Shown: in pieces, positions 29,149-37,950 of the stretch
Layout of the letters: each line of letters begins with the position of its first letter
Numbering within the stretch: position 1 is the first letter of the stretch
Assembly (NCBI GenBank): GCA_024402815.1
Contig: JAKSTB010000003.1
Location: 1 to 42,621 of the forward strand
DNA length: 42,621 nucleotides
Origin: Alphaproteobacteria bacterium
Lineage (GTDB): Bacteria; Pseudomonadota; Alphaproteobacteria; Rs-D84
Direction: 5' to 3'
The notes under the pieces: model-generated
The model's input: the letters and a program-made list of their open reading frames with translations, nothing else
Told to the model about the DNA's origin: nothing
Databases searched by the model: none
Program-made: the position numbers and the translations under genes

Positions 29149-29164
29149 TATTTCACATGAAATA
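29149..29164. promoter_or_regulatory. parS-like palindrome
   Basis: TATTTCACATGAAATA, 13/16 match to consensus TGTTTCACGTGAAACA, intergenic just upstream of parA. Confidence 0.55.
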
Positions 29165-29259
29165 AAATATAACATTTTGTTTTTAGTCAATTTTTATTTT
29201 ATATTGACTATTTTTTTATAATTTAATATTCTGTTTTTATCAATAAGGAAGTGAAGAAA

Positions 29260-30033
29260 ATGGCAATTGTAATATCTTTTACAAATCAAAAAGGGGGGGT
29301 TGGCAAAACAACAACCGCTATAAATATCGCTGCATCTTTGGCTGCAATTAACAAACGTGTTTTGTTAATCGACATGGATTCCCAGGGAAATGCTGGCACA
29401 GGACTGGGGTTTGTTCGTGCTGCACACAAACAAAATGTATATGATGTTTTGATGGAAAATTCAAAAATCGAAGAGAACATTTTAACCACAGCGGTCAAAA
29501 ATATGCATATATTACCGGCATCTGCTAAATTAGCCGGCGCAGAATTAGATATGTTAGATTTGGAAAATCGCGAATATCGTCTTAGGAACGCATTGGACAC
29601 AATATCAAATAATTATGATTTTATACTGATAGATTGTCCGCCTGCTTTGGGTATACTGACCGTAAATGCTTTAACCGCTTCTGATTATGTTATCATACCT
29701 TTGCAATGTGAATTCTTTGCATTGGAAGGTGTTCAACAACTGTTATCCACAATCCAAGCGATAAAGCAAAAATGGAATCCGGACCTTGATATTTTAGGTA
29801 TGGTATTAACAATGTACGATAAAAAATTGGGATTAACCAAAGCTGTTGAAGAAGATGTGCGCAACACATTTGGCGATAAAGTATTCAAAACTATTATTCC
29901 GCGAAATGTTCGCATTTCAGAAGCGCCCAGCCACGGAAAACCCGCCCTATTTTATGATTTCAAATCAACGGGCGCCCAAGCATATTTACGTGTCGCAACC
30001 GAAGTAGTCAACGCATTAGAAAAAAGGATTTAA
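29260..30033 (+). CDS. parA: Chromosome partitioning ATPase ParA
   Basis: NQKGGVGKTTT, IDCPP, PLQCEFFALEG, IPRNVRISEAPSHG. Confidence 0.96.
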   Translation: MAIVISFTNQKGGVGKTTTAINIAASLAAINKRVLLIDMDSQGNAGTGLGFVRAAHKQNVYDVLMENSKIEENILTTAVKNMHILPASAKLAGAELDMLDLENREYRLRNALDTISNNYDFILIDCPPALGILTVNALTASDYVIIPLQCEFFALEGVQQLLSTIQAIKQKWNPDLDILGMVLTMYDKKLGLTKAVEEDVRNTFGDKVFKTIIPRNVRISEAPSHGKPALFYDFKSTGAQAYLRVATEVVNALEKRI

Positions 30034-30035
30034 AA

Positions 30036-30914
30036 ATGTCTTCTAAATTTTTAGGTAAATCTTTGGCTGAATTACATCAAGAAATGGGGCAAATACCGGA
30101 CATTTCTGTTTTAACAGGTGGCGAACGCGTTATCGTAAAACAAATACCATTAAATCAAATCAGCCCCAACCCAGACCAACCCAGAAAACATTTTTCCGAA
30201 AAAGAATTAAATGAATTGGCGGAATCTGTGCGCAAAAAGGGTGTTTTGGTTCCAATCATATTGCGCGGTGTTAAAAACAAACCATATCTTTATGAAATTG
30301 TCGCTGGGGAACGCAGATATCGCGCATCACAAATCGCAGGTTTAAAGGAAATACCGGCATTGGTAAAAACTTTGGATGAAAAAAATGCAATGGAAATTGC
30401 TTTGATTGAGAATGTCCAACGCGAAAACCTGAATCCAATTGAAGAAGCCGAAGGTTATAAAAACCTGATGGAAAAATGCGATTATGCCATCGAAGATATA
30501 TCTAAATTGATTGGTAAATCTGAAAGCTATATTCGCAATCTTATGCGTATAACAACACTGCCTGATTCGGTCAAAGAATTGGTAAAAAGTGGCGAATTAT
30601 CGGCGTCTCACGCACGAACAATCGCTGTGTCCGACAACCCAGAACAATTGGCGCACGACATTATAAATAACAAATTGTCTGTGGCAGACGCACACAAAGA
30701 GGTTAACACAACTGACCGTGCAAAGACCAGTCGTTCTTTCACAAAAACAACTATGGATCCAGTGTATGTCGAAAAATTGGAATCCAGATTGTCCGAAACA
30801 TTTAATACACATGTGAAATTGCGTGAAAAACGGGGTGGGGCGGGTGAAATTATTATTAAATTCACAAACCGCATCCAAATGGAAGATTTGATTAAAAAAT
30901 TACAAAATAATTAA
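30036..30914 (+). CDS. parB: Chromosome partitioning protein ParB
   Basis: PNPDQPRK, AGERRYRA, ENVQRENLNPIEEA, HTH. Confidence 0.96.
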   Translation: MSSKFLGKSLAELHQEMGQIPDISVLTGGERVIVKQIPLNQISPNPDQPRKHFSEKELNELAESVRKKGVLVPIILRGVKNKPYLYEIVAGERRYRASQIAGLKEIPALVKTLDEKNAMEIALIENVQRENLNPIEEAEGYKNLMEKCDYAIEDISKLIGKSESYIRNLMRITTLPDSVKELVKSGELSASHARTIAVSDNPEQLAHDIINNKLSVADAHKEVNTTDRAKTSRSFTKTTMDPVYVEKLESRLSETFNTHVKLREKRGGAGEIIIKFTNRIQMEDLIKKLQNN

Positions 30915-30922
30915 TCAGTGAC

Positions 30923-31012
30923 ATGGCCAAAAATGGCAGAAATTGGTGCAGGCCGTTAAAGATGTGGGATGAATTGGTTGACGACAAACCCAGATTTGAA
31001 AAAATATCATAA
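30923..31012 (+). pseudogene. 29-codon relic resembling the C-terminus of DUF1653
   Basis: Manual translation MAKNGRNWCRPLKMWDELVDDKPRFEKIS*, matching the W-x-RP..M......PRF motif; N-terminal half absent. Confidence 0.5.
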
Positions 31013-31021
31013 CAGTTGAAT

Positions 31022-31051
31022 AAAAAAACACCGGCATTTGCCGGTGTTTTT
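31022..31051. terminator. Bidirectional terminator between parB region and pal
   Basis: AAAAACACCGGC-ATTT-GCCGGTGTTTTT. Confidence 0.9.
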
Positions 31052-31071
31052 CAATATTTTAACAAACTGTA

Positions 31072-31488
31072 TTATTTAACAGTTGTTGTTGCATTACGGT
31101 TATATTTCCAAACGCTTTCACCGGTACCTTTGACCAATGGACGTTCTTTACCGTAAGAAACAGTAGAGATACGACGTGCATCTATACCGTCTTTAACCAA
31201 TACTTTCTTTGCTGCGTTTGCACGACGTGCACCCAAAGCCAAGTTGTATTCTTCGGTACCACGTTCGTCACAATTACCCGCAATTTGGATTTTTGTTTTT
31301 TCGTGGTTTTTCATATACAAAGATTGTCCCAACAAGTTGTTTTGTGCTTCTTCTGAAATTTCTGCAGAATTATAAGCAAAGAAAACACGTTGGTCATTCA
31401 AATCAGCAGGTTCAACAACACTGGATCCGCCGCAAGCAGCTAACAGACCAGCAACACCAGCCAATAAAGCAAAGTTTTTTATTTTCAT
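31072..31488 (-). CDS. pal: Peptidoglycan-associated lipoprotein Pal
   Basis: Start ATG 31488 after GGGAG; lipobox LAAC; GNCDERGTEEYNLALGARRA, SYGKERP. Confidence 0.9.
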   Translation of the reverse strand: MKIKNFALLAGVAGLLAACGGSSVVEPADLNDQRVFFAYNSAEISEEAQNNLLGQSLYMKNHEKTKIQIAGNCDERGTEEYNLALGARRANAAKKVLVKDGIDARRISTVSYGKERPLVKGTGESVWKYNRNATTTVK

Positions 31489-31562
31489 GAAAATACTCCC
31501 TTGAGTTTTTGTTGCTCTGGGTTTATTGTATATCAATAAATATTTAAAATCAAGGACAAATC

Positions 31563-32312
31563 ATGGGATATAATGCTTTGCAAGATTTGAATATGGCGGG
31601 AGTTCAATGGGAATTGACTGAACAACCTGTAATTCAGGGCATACCTAAAACAGAAGGAAAAAAACCAAGCCCAGAATCAACAGCCCGAAACACAGAAAAA
31701 AATATTGTTGTGCCTGCCGTGGCACCTGTTGTTTTAGATTCTGTTACAAAAATGTTGGAATCTTGCAATGATATCGATTCGTTAATGAACGTTATTAAAA
31801 ATGTAAATCACCCTTTGCGTTCTGGTGCAACCAACACAGTCCTTCCAAACATTGCAAAAAATCCAAATGGTTTAATTATTATAACCGATATGCCAAACAC
31901 AGAAGATGATTTGTCTGGGCATATTTTTTCGGGAAATACCGGTGATTTATTGGATAAAATGTTGTCTGCTATACAAATGTCACGCGAAAACGTGTCGCTG
32001 ATCCCGTTGGTTTTTTGGAAAACACCGGGCGGACGCACCCCGTTAAGCGAAGAATTAAAATTAACCCGTCCAATACTTGATAAAATGATAGATTTGTTAA
32101 AGCCACAAATTGTAATTACATTTGGAACTTTGGCCGCAACGGAAATAGGGCAAACTAATTTAACATCTAATCACGGAACAGAAATTAAAACAGACAAAGG
32201 ATACACAATTATTCCGTTATTCCATCCAAATTATTTGATATTAAAACCCAGTGCAAAAAAAGATGTTTGGGCAGTGCTTCAAAATGTGCAAAAAATGTTG
32301 AAAATGTCGTAA
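31563..32312 (+). CDS. Family-4 uracil-DNA glycosylase-like protein with degenerate motifs
   Basis: EDD.SG..F.G..G.LLDKMLSAI, WKTPGGRTP, FHPNYL...PSAKK. Confidence 0.75.
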   Translation: MGYNALQDLNMAGVQWELTEQPVIQGIPKTEGKKPSPESTARNTEKNIVVPAVAPVVLDSVTKMLESCNDIDSLMNVIKNVNHPLRSGATNTVLPNIAKNPNGLIIITDMPNTEDDLSGHIFSGNTGDLLDKMLSAIQMSRENVSLIPLVFWKTPGGRTPLSEELKLTRPILDKMIDLLKPQIVITFGTLAATEIGQTNLTSNHGTEIKTDKGYTIIPLFHPNYLILKPSAKKDVWAVLQNVQKMLKMS

Positions 32313-32356
32313 AAATATTTAATAATCAAATCAGCTATTATTAAAGGAGCACAACA

Positions 32357-32902
32357 ATTAAACAAACAAATAATAACAAATCCCGTGATATGGGACCACG
32401 TGTAAACGATAAAATTTCCGCAAAAACCGTCCAGGTAATCAGCCAAGACGGCCAAAATCTTGGGGTTATGGATTTATCTGATGCTTTGAATACGGCATAT
32501 GATTCAGGTTTAGATTTAGTTGAAATCAACGCATCTGCATCACCTGTATTGGTCAAGATTATGGATTACGGAAAATATAAGTATGAACAGAAAAAACGTG
32601 CAAGCGAAGCACGCAAAAAACAAAAAACAGTTGAAGTTCGTGAAGTTTGGGTAACCCCTGTGATTGAAGAAAACGATTTCAATGTGAAAATGAAAAAAGT
32701 TTTCGAATTTCTGGATGGTGGCAACAAGGTTAAAATCGCAGTTATGACACATGGGGATAAACGTGTTTTGGCACGCACCAGGGATGCTGTTCCACAATTA
32801 TTTGCCAGAATTATAGATTTGATTGGCGACAAGGGTGTTGTTGAATCTAAATCAAAACCGGAAGATCGAACAAAATCAATTATTATCGCACCTGCGAAAT
32901 AA
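32357..32902 (+). CDS. infC: Translation initiation factor IF-3 (ATT start)
   Basis: PRVNDKI, LDLVEI, KIMDYGKYKYEQKK; in-frame ATT 7 nt after AAGGAG. Confidence 0.95.
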   Translation: MKQTNNNKSRDMGPRVNDKISAKTVQVISQDGQNLGVMDLSDALNTAYDSGLDLVEINASASPVLVKIMDYGKYKYEQKKRASEARKKQKTVEVREVWVTPVIEENDFNVKMKKVFEFLDGGNKVKIAVMTHGDKRVLARTRDAVPQLFARIIDLIGDKGVVESKSKPEDRTKSIIIAPAK

Positions 32903-32907
32903 AATTT

Positions 32908-32956
32908 ACGCCTGATATTTTGGTAACAATAATACCATTTATTGGGCGTTTTTTTA
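32908..32956 (+). terminator. Probable terminator after infC
   Basis: ACGCCTGATA...TATTGGGCGT stem with inner TGGTA/TACCA, followed by T-tract. Confidence 0.55.
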
Positions 32957-33036
32957 TTTGTTAAACAAAGTTTATTTGTTGCAAAACGGGTTTTTATGCT
33001 GTACTGTGATTTGGACGAAAAACAAAAGGAAAAATT

Positions 33037-33240
33037 ATGGATTCTAACAAACTTTCTTTTGAAGAAGCATACAAACAATTAACCGATATTGTTCAAAAAA
33101 TGGAATCTGGCGAATTGCCATTGGCTGATTCTGTGGCCGCATACGAACAGGGTATAAAATTAAAGGCATATTGCGAACAATTATTGAAAGAAGCCGAATT
33201 AAAAATTGAAACATTAAAGGTATCTAATACCGGTGAATAA
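33037..33240 (+). CDS. xseB: Exodeoxyribonuclease VII small subunit
   Basis: SFEEAYKQL..IVQKMESGELPL..SV..YEQG..L...C...L..AE.KI. Confidence 0.93.
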   Translation: MDSNKLSFEEAYKQLTDIVQKMESGELPLADSVAAYEQGIKLKAYCEQLLKEAELKIETLKVSNTGE

Positions 33241-33241
33241 T

Positions 33242-35746
33242 ATGGCCGAAAAAAATAAACTTTCACCTGTGATGCAACAATATGTTGATATGAAATCTGA
33301 AAATCCAGATGCTCTGTTGATGTTTCGTCTGGGTGATTTTTACGAGGCCTTTTTTGAAGATGCAAAAACCGTCAGCGAAACACTCAGTTTGGTTTTAACA
33401 CATCGTGGCACAGATGGTTTTGGTGCAGATGTCCCCATGTGCGGAATTCCATGGCACGCAGCGGATAACTATTTTGGTCGCTTGGTACGTGCAGGATTCA
33501 AGGTTGCCCTGGTTGAACAAATGGAAACCCCACAACAAGCAAAACAACGCGGACATAAATACATAGAACGCAAAGTTATTCGTGTTTTAACACCTGGCAC
33601 TATTACAGATGAAAATTTATTAACACCGAAAAATTCAAATTTTTTGGTATCTGTTGTTCCAGTTAATGACACAAAATTCGATATCGCAGGTTGTGATATT
33701 TCAACTGGTGAAATTTTTATTGGCGAAACAGATTCGATTATTGATGATATGATTCGCATAAATCCCGCGGAAATAATTTATCCGGAAAGGGGCGCAGAAA
33801 ATTCAACAATAAAAACCCTGCGCAGTTTATATAAAACAACACCAGTATATGAAAAATTATATATCAGGTCCGACATAAATTTAATTGTATCGCATGTATT
33901 CGGCGGGAATGTTAAATCTGATAATGTTGATAATATTTGCGCAACGACATTAATGGCGGGCTATTTATTTAATACACAACGCGGTGCAAATATATCTTTT
34001 CGAACACCATATAATTTTAAATCAGGCCGTCAATTATTGATTGATTCTGCCACATGGAAAAGTTTGGAAATAGATGCACCAATTAATGATGGTGGCACAT
34101 GTTTATTGGATGTAATTGATAAAACAATTACTGCATCTGGGGCACGCAAATTGCGCTCTTACCTGCGTACATTACCGGGGGACAGGGATGTTATTTTATC
34201 CCGCCAAGAACACATTGGTCATTTATTATTAAATCGTTCGGTTATGTCGGAAACAGCTGGTATTTTATCACGCGTGCCGGATGTAAATCGTGCACTGTCG
34301 CGTTTGTTATCTGGTCGTGGCACACCACGCGATTTGCGTAATGTCACCGAATTTTTAAGTATATTAGACGGCGTTAAAAATGTCGGTCAAAAATTAGATT
34401 CAATTCTGTCCGAAAAATTCAACAGCATACAAACATATGATGTTTTTTCAAATGAATTACAATCTGCATTAAATGATGATTTGCCTACATTTTTCAGGGA
34501 CGGCAATGTAATTAAAAATGGATTTGATTTATCTTTGGATAATATGCGTCAATTATCTACGGGCGCCAAAGAAACTATTGCTCAATTACAGGCAGAATAC
34601 ATTTCCAAAACAAATATCAATACATTGAAAATCAAATTCAATAATATTTTGGGATATTTCATAGAGGTTCCATCATCCCGTGCAGATGTTTTAATGAACC
34701 CTGAATCAGGATTTATACATCGTCAAACTATGGCGGGCAATATGCGTTTCACAACATCTAAATTGATTGATTTGGATAATGATATACGAAACGCATCCGA
34801 CAAAGCGGCCGCGATAGAGGCGGAAATTATCAACACTTTGATAGAAAAAATTCGCGAAATTGCTGACAATTTGATGAATACAGCGGATTTAATTGCTGAT
34901 TTGGATGTATGGTTGGCACTCGCAAATTGTGCAGATTTTTATTCTTGGGTTCGACCAACCATAACAAATTCAACTGAATTTAATGTTATCGGTGGCCGTC
35001 ATCCTGTGATTGAATCTGTTTTGAAAAAGCACGGCGATAATTTTGTTAAAAATGATTGCGTGTTAAATGACGAAGCGGTTGCTTTATTAACCGGTCCAAA
35101 CATGGCCGGTAAATCGACATATTTACGCCAGAATGCTATTTTAGTTGTGTTGGCTCATCTGGGGTCATTTGTTCCTGCAACATCTGCCACAATTGGAATT
35201 TGCGACCAAGTATTCAGTCGTGTTGGTGCATCAGATAATTTGGCGGCGGGTCAATCTACATTTATGGTTGAAATGGTTGAAACCGCAAACATATTAAATC
35301 GGGCTACAAAGAAATCATTTATTATATTTGATGAAATAGGGCGTGGAACATCAACATTTGATGGTATGGCAATCGCCCAGGCCGTATTGGAATATTTGAA
35401 CACATTGACACCACGCACTTTGTTTGCAACACATTATCATGAATTAACCGAATTGGTTTCCAGTGAAAACCTGTCTAATGTTTCGTGTTTAACAATAGAT
35501 GTTCGTGAACATAATAATGATATAATATTCCTGCATAAGATTATACCGGGAATCGCAAATCGTTCTTATGGTATTGCGGTTGCTAAAATGGCGGGCATGC
35601 CAAGACACGTTGTTGAACGCGCAGAACAGGTTTTAAATAATTTAGAATCAAATTCGTTAAAAACACCGGTCAAAGATATAAAAATATCGGTGAAACCTGT
35701 CGTTGAAGAAGAAGTTAAAAAAGAACAATTATCACTGTTTGGATAA
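33242..35746 (+). CDS. mutS: DNA mismatch repair protein MutS
   Basis: SPVMQQY, FRLGDFYE, TGPNMAGKSTYLRQ, STFMVEM, DEIGRGT, FATHYHEL. Confidence 0.97.
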   Translation: MAEKNKLSPVMQQYVDMKSENPDALLMFRLGDFYEAFFEDAKTVSETLSLVLTHRGTDGFGADVPMCGIPWHAADNYFGRLVRAGFKVALVEQMETPQQAKQRGHKYIERKVIRVLTPGTITDENLLTPKNSNFLVSVVPVNDTKFDIAGCDISTGEIFIGETDSIIDDMIRINPAEIIYPERGAENSTIKTLRSLYKTTPVYEKLYIRSDINLIVSHVFGGNVKSDNVDNICATTLMAGYLFNTQRGANISFRTPYNFKSGRQLLIDSATWKSLEIDAPINDGGTCLLDVIDKTITASGARKLRSYLRTLPGDRDVILSRQEHIGHLLLNRSVMSETAGILSRVPDVNRALSRLLSGRGTPRDLRNVTEFLSILDGVKNVGQKLDSILSEKFNSIQTYDVFSNELQSALNDDLPTFFRDGNVIKNGFDLSLDNMRQLSTGAKETIAQLQAEYISKTNINTLKIKFNNILGYFIEVPSSRADVLMNPESGFIHRQTMAGNMRFTTSKLIDLDNDIRNASDKAAAIEAEIINTLIEKIREIADNLMNTADLIADLDVWLALANCADFYSWVRPTITNSTEFNVIGGRHPVIESVLKKHGDNFVKNDCVLNDEAVALLTGPNMAGKSTYLRQNAILVVLAHLGSFVPATSATIGICDQVFSRVGASDNLAAGQSTFMVEMVETANILNRATKKSFIIFDEIGRGTSTFDGMAIAQAVLEYLNTLTPRTLFATHYHELTELVSSENLSNVSCLTIDVREHNNDIIFLHKIIPGIANRSYGIAVAKMAGMPRHVVERAEQVLNNLESNSLKTPVKDIKISVKPVVEEEVKKEQLSLFG

Positions 35747-35748
35747 AC

Positions 35749-36618
35749 ATGGACGGAATCATCATCTTGGACAAAGACAGCGGCGTTTGCAGCAGAACGG
35801 CAGGGTGGCATATTGCTAAAATATTTGGTGAAAAGAAATTTGGACACATTGGAACATTGGATCCAATGGCCAGCGGTGTTTTACCAATTGCTGTTGGAAA
35901 TGCAACTAAAATGATTCCTTTTATAGAAGATTTTTGCCCAAATAAAAAAGAATATTTATTTGGTTTAAAATTCGGTATTGAAACAGATTCTTTGGATATA
36001 ACCGGCAATACCATAAATACAAATGATTTTATCCCAACCGATGCCGACATAAAAAACGCGTGCGACAAATTGGTTGGCGAAATAAATCAAATTCCACCGG
36101 TCTTTTCTGCAATTCATGTAAATGGCAAAAGGGCATATGAATTGGCACGCAATGGAGAAAGTGTCGAAATGACACCACGCAAAATAACCGTATACGAATT
36201 GGAATATGCCGGCAAAAACGATAAAGAATATAACTTTCGTGTTGTATGCAGCCGCGGAACATATGTTCGCGCAATTGTTCGTGATATTGCAAAATTATGT
36301 AATGCGATTGCGACCACAACATATATAAAACGCACCCAAACAAACGGATTTTATATAAAAAATGCGGTAAAACTTGATTTTTTAGAAAATCTGGTTAATA
36401 ATGGGGGCAATGCAAATGAATATTTGCAAACACCAGATTGTGCGCTGGGGGACATTCCGGTAATCAATTTGGATGATAAAGAAACATTATTTTATAAAAA
36501 TGGTGGCTTTATCAAAACCGATGTGGCAAGCGGTCAAAAGCGCGTGTATTGCAATAAAACATTTATTGGAATAGGGTGTGTAAATGACGGTTTTCTGCGT
36601 CCTAAACGAACTTTATAA
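35749..36618 (+). CDS. truB: tRNA pseudouridine(55) synthase TruB
   Basis: GHIGTLDPMASGVL, QIPPVFSAIHVNGKRAYELAR, CSRGTYVRA. Confidence 0.95.
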   Translation: MDGIIILDKDSGVCSRTAGWHIAKIFGEKKFGHIGTLDPMASGVLPIAVGNATKMIPFIEDFCPNKKEYLFGLKFGIETDSLDITGNTINTNDFIPTDADIKNACDKLVGEINQIPPVFSAIHVNGKRAYELARNGESVEMTPRKITVYELEYAGKNDKEYNFRVVCSRGTYVRAIVRDIAKLCNAIATTTYIKRTQTNGFYIKNAVKLDFLENLVNNGGNANEYLQTPDCALGDIPVINLDDKETLFYKNGGFIKTDVASGQKRVYCNKTFIGIGCVNDGFLRPKRTL

Positions 36619-36635
36619 ACAATAAGGAAAACATA

Positions 36636-36908
36636 ATGTCCGTAACAAAAGCAAGAAAAAGTGAATTGGTTGCAGCATTCAAAACAACCGAACACGATAA
36701 TGGTGGTTCTGCAGCATCTCAAGTTGCTGTTTTAACAGAACGTATCCGTAATTTAACAGAACACATGAAAAACAACCACAAAGACGAACATTCTAAACGT
36801 GGTTTGTTGTTGATGGTTAACCGCCGCAAAAAATTGTTGGCTTACATCAAAAATAATGATGTTTCTGAATACGAAGATTTGATTAAAAAATTGGGTCTGC
36901 GTAAATAA
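36636..36908 (+). CDS. rpsO: 30S ribosomal protein S15
   Basis: QVAVLTERIRNLTEH...KDEHSKRGLL...LGLRK. Confidence 0.97.
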   Translation: MSVTKARKSELVAAFKTTEHDNGGSAASQVAVLTERIRNLTEHMKNNHKDEHSKRGLLLMVNRRKKLLAYIKNNDVSEYEDLIKKLGLRK

Positions 36909-36913
36909 TTATG

Positions 36914-36940
36914 AAAAAGCCGGCAAATGCCGGTTTTTTT
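36914..36940. terminator. Bidirectional terminator after rpsO
   Basis: AAAAAGCCGGC-AAAT-GCCGGTTTTTTT. Confidence 0.9.
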
Positions 36941-36941
36941 A
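36925..36941 (+). repeat. 17-bp direct repeat, copy 1 (AAATGCCGGTTTTTTTA)
   Basis: Identical to 37934-37950. Confidence 0.85.
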
Positions 36942-37880
36942 ATAAAAACTACTTTGTAATAAAGTTTCGGTTAGATTGCCCCCCGTCACAGTAACAGACG
37001 GTCCCCAGTCACCAGAAAGACTCTGCCATTTTGATGAATCTTTGATGCCAACCAGATGGCACGGTTGTTTACCGTTCAGTTTTTTGCACCCGTGCTCTTT
37101 ACGTGGTAGTGGTTCAAACATTCCGTCTTTGACATCTTGTGCCCACTCATTTTGTTCTCTGTAATATTCAGAATAATCATATATTTGTTCATAAACATCA
37201 AAGACTTGATTGTGTTCGTGTATATTTTCATTATTTTCTGTGGCCGAAGGAAGAGTAACCGACCATACAAAATGGGCAGAATCTGATTTATTATCTTCAT
37301 GAACAACCATGTGTAAACCATCGGTCCATGTCTGAAAATAAACAGAATATTCTTCAAACCCATCAGGGTAAAGACATGTATGAAGTCTTTGATCTCGTAA
37401 TTGTTTTTTTATTTGTCTGCGGTTTCGATTTTTTGCTTGATATGTTCCACCGTTACATTCTTCGGAATCCATAATCCCAGCATCTAACCAATACATTTCT
37501 TCACGTAACAGGTCACCATCACCGTCCAATTCTTTATGTTTTATTTCACGTCCTGTTTCTTTACTTTTTTGTTCCAGCCGCCACATAAAAAAACTTTTAT
37601 ATTCCGCAAATAATAGTTTTGCCATTAAATCACGATAAAGAATTATCTTATCAACATCTGAATGCATTATTTCTTCAAACAACGTTGGGAATTTTGGCTT
37701 TATATTAGACACCATATAATCATCTATTAGTTGAGATTCGTAATCTATAAAATCTTTATAATTTTGCATATATTCAAAAACAGTTTCTGATCCAATTGGT
37801 TTGCCATCGCCAAATGCATTAAAACAAATAAAACAGCAACATAACAATTGATATAAAAAATGTTTTAAGAAATTATGCAT
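36939..37880 (-). CDS. Orphan hypothetical secreted protein
   Basis: 313 aa ORF, AGGGG RBS, signal-peptide-like N-terminus ending NAFG; no family recognised. Confidence 0.7.
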   Translation of the reverse strand: MHNFLKHFLYQLLCCCFICFNAFGDGKPIGSETVFEYMQNYKDFIDYESQLIDDYMVSNIKPKFPTLFEEIMHSDVDKIILYRDLMAKLLFAEYKSFFMWRLEQKSKETGREIKHKELDGDGDLLREEMYWLDAGIMDSEECNGGTYQAKNRNRRQIKKQLRDQRLHTCLYPDGFEEYSVYFQTWTDGLHMVVHEDNKSDSAHFVWSVTLPSATENNENIHEHNQVFDVYEQIYDYSEYYREQNEWAQDVKDGMFEPLPRKEHGCKKLNGKQPCHLVGIKDSSKWQSLSGDWGPSVTVTGGNLTETLLQSSFY

Positions 37881-37933
37881 AAAATTACCCCTATGTCGGG
37901 AATATTATATCATAAATTGCTATTCTTGTAAAT

Positions 37934-37950
37934 AAATGCCGGTTTTTTTA
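37934..37950 (+). repeat. 17-bp direct repeat, copy 2 (AAATGCCGGTTTTTTTA)
   Basis: Identical to 36925-36941; includes the permease stop codon. Confidence 0.85.

Noticed and set aside
29743-29751. Perfect DnaA box TTATCCACA (another at 8183-8191 on the opposite strand) as oriC evidence
   Set aside because: Single boxes inside coding sequence, no intergenic cluster
32566-33078. 170-aa antisense ORF over infC, and the many other 60-150 aa overlapping ORFs
   Set aside because: They shadow well-supported genes on the opposite strand or another frame and show no motifs
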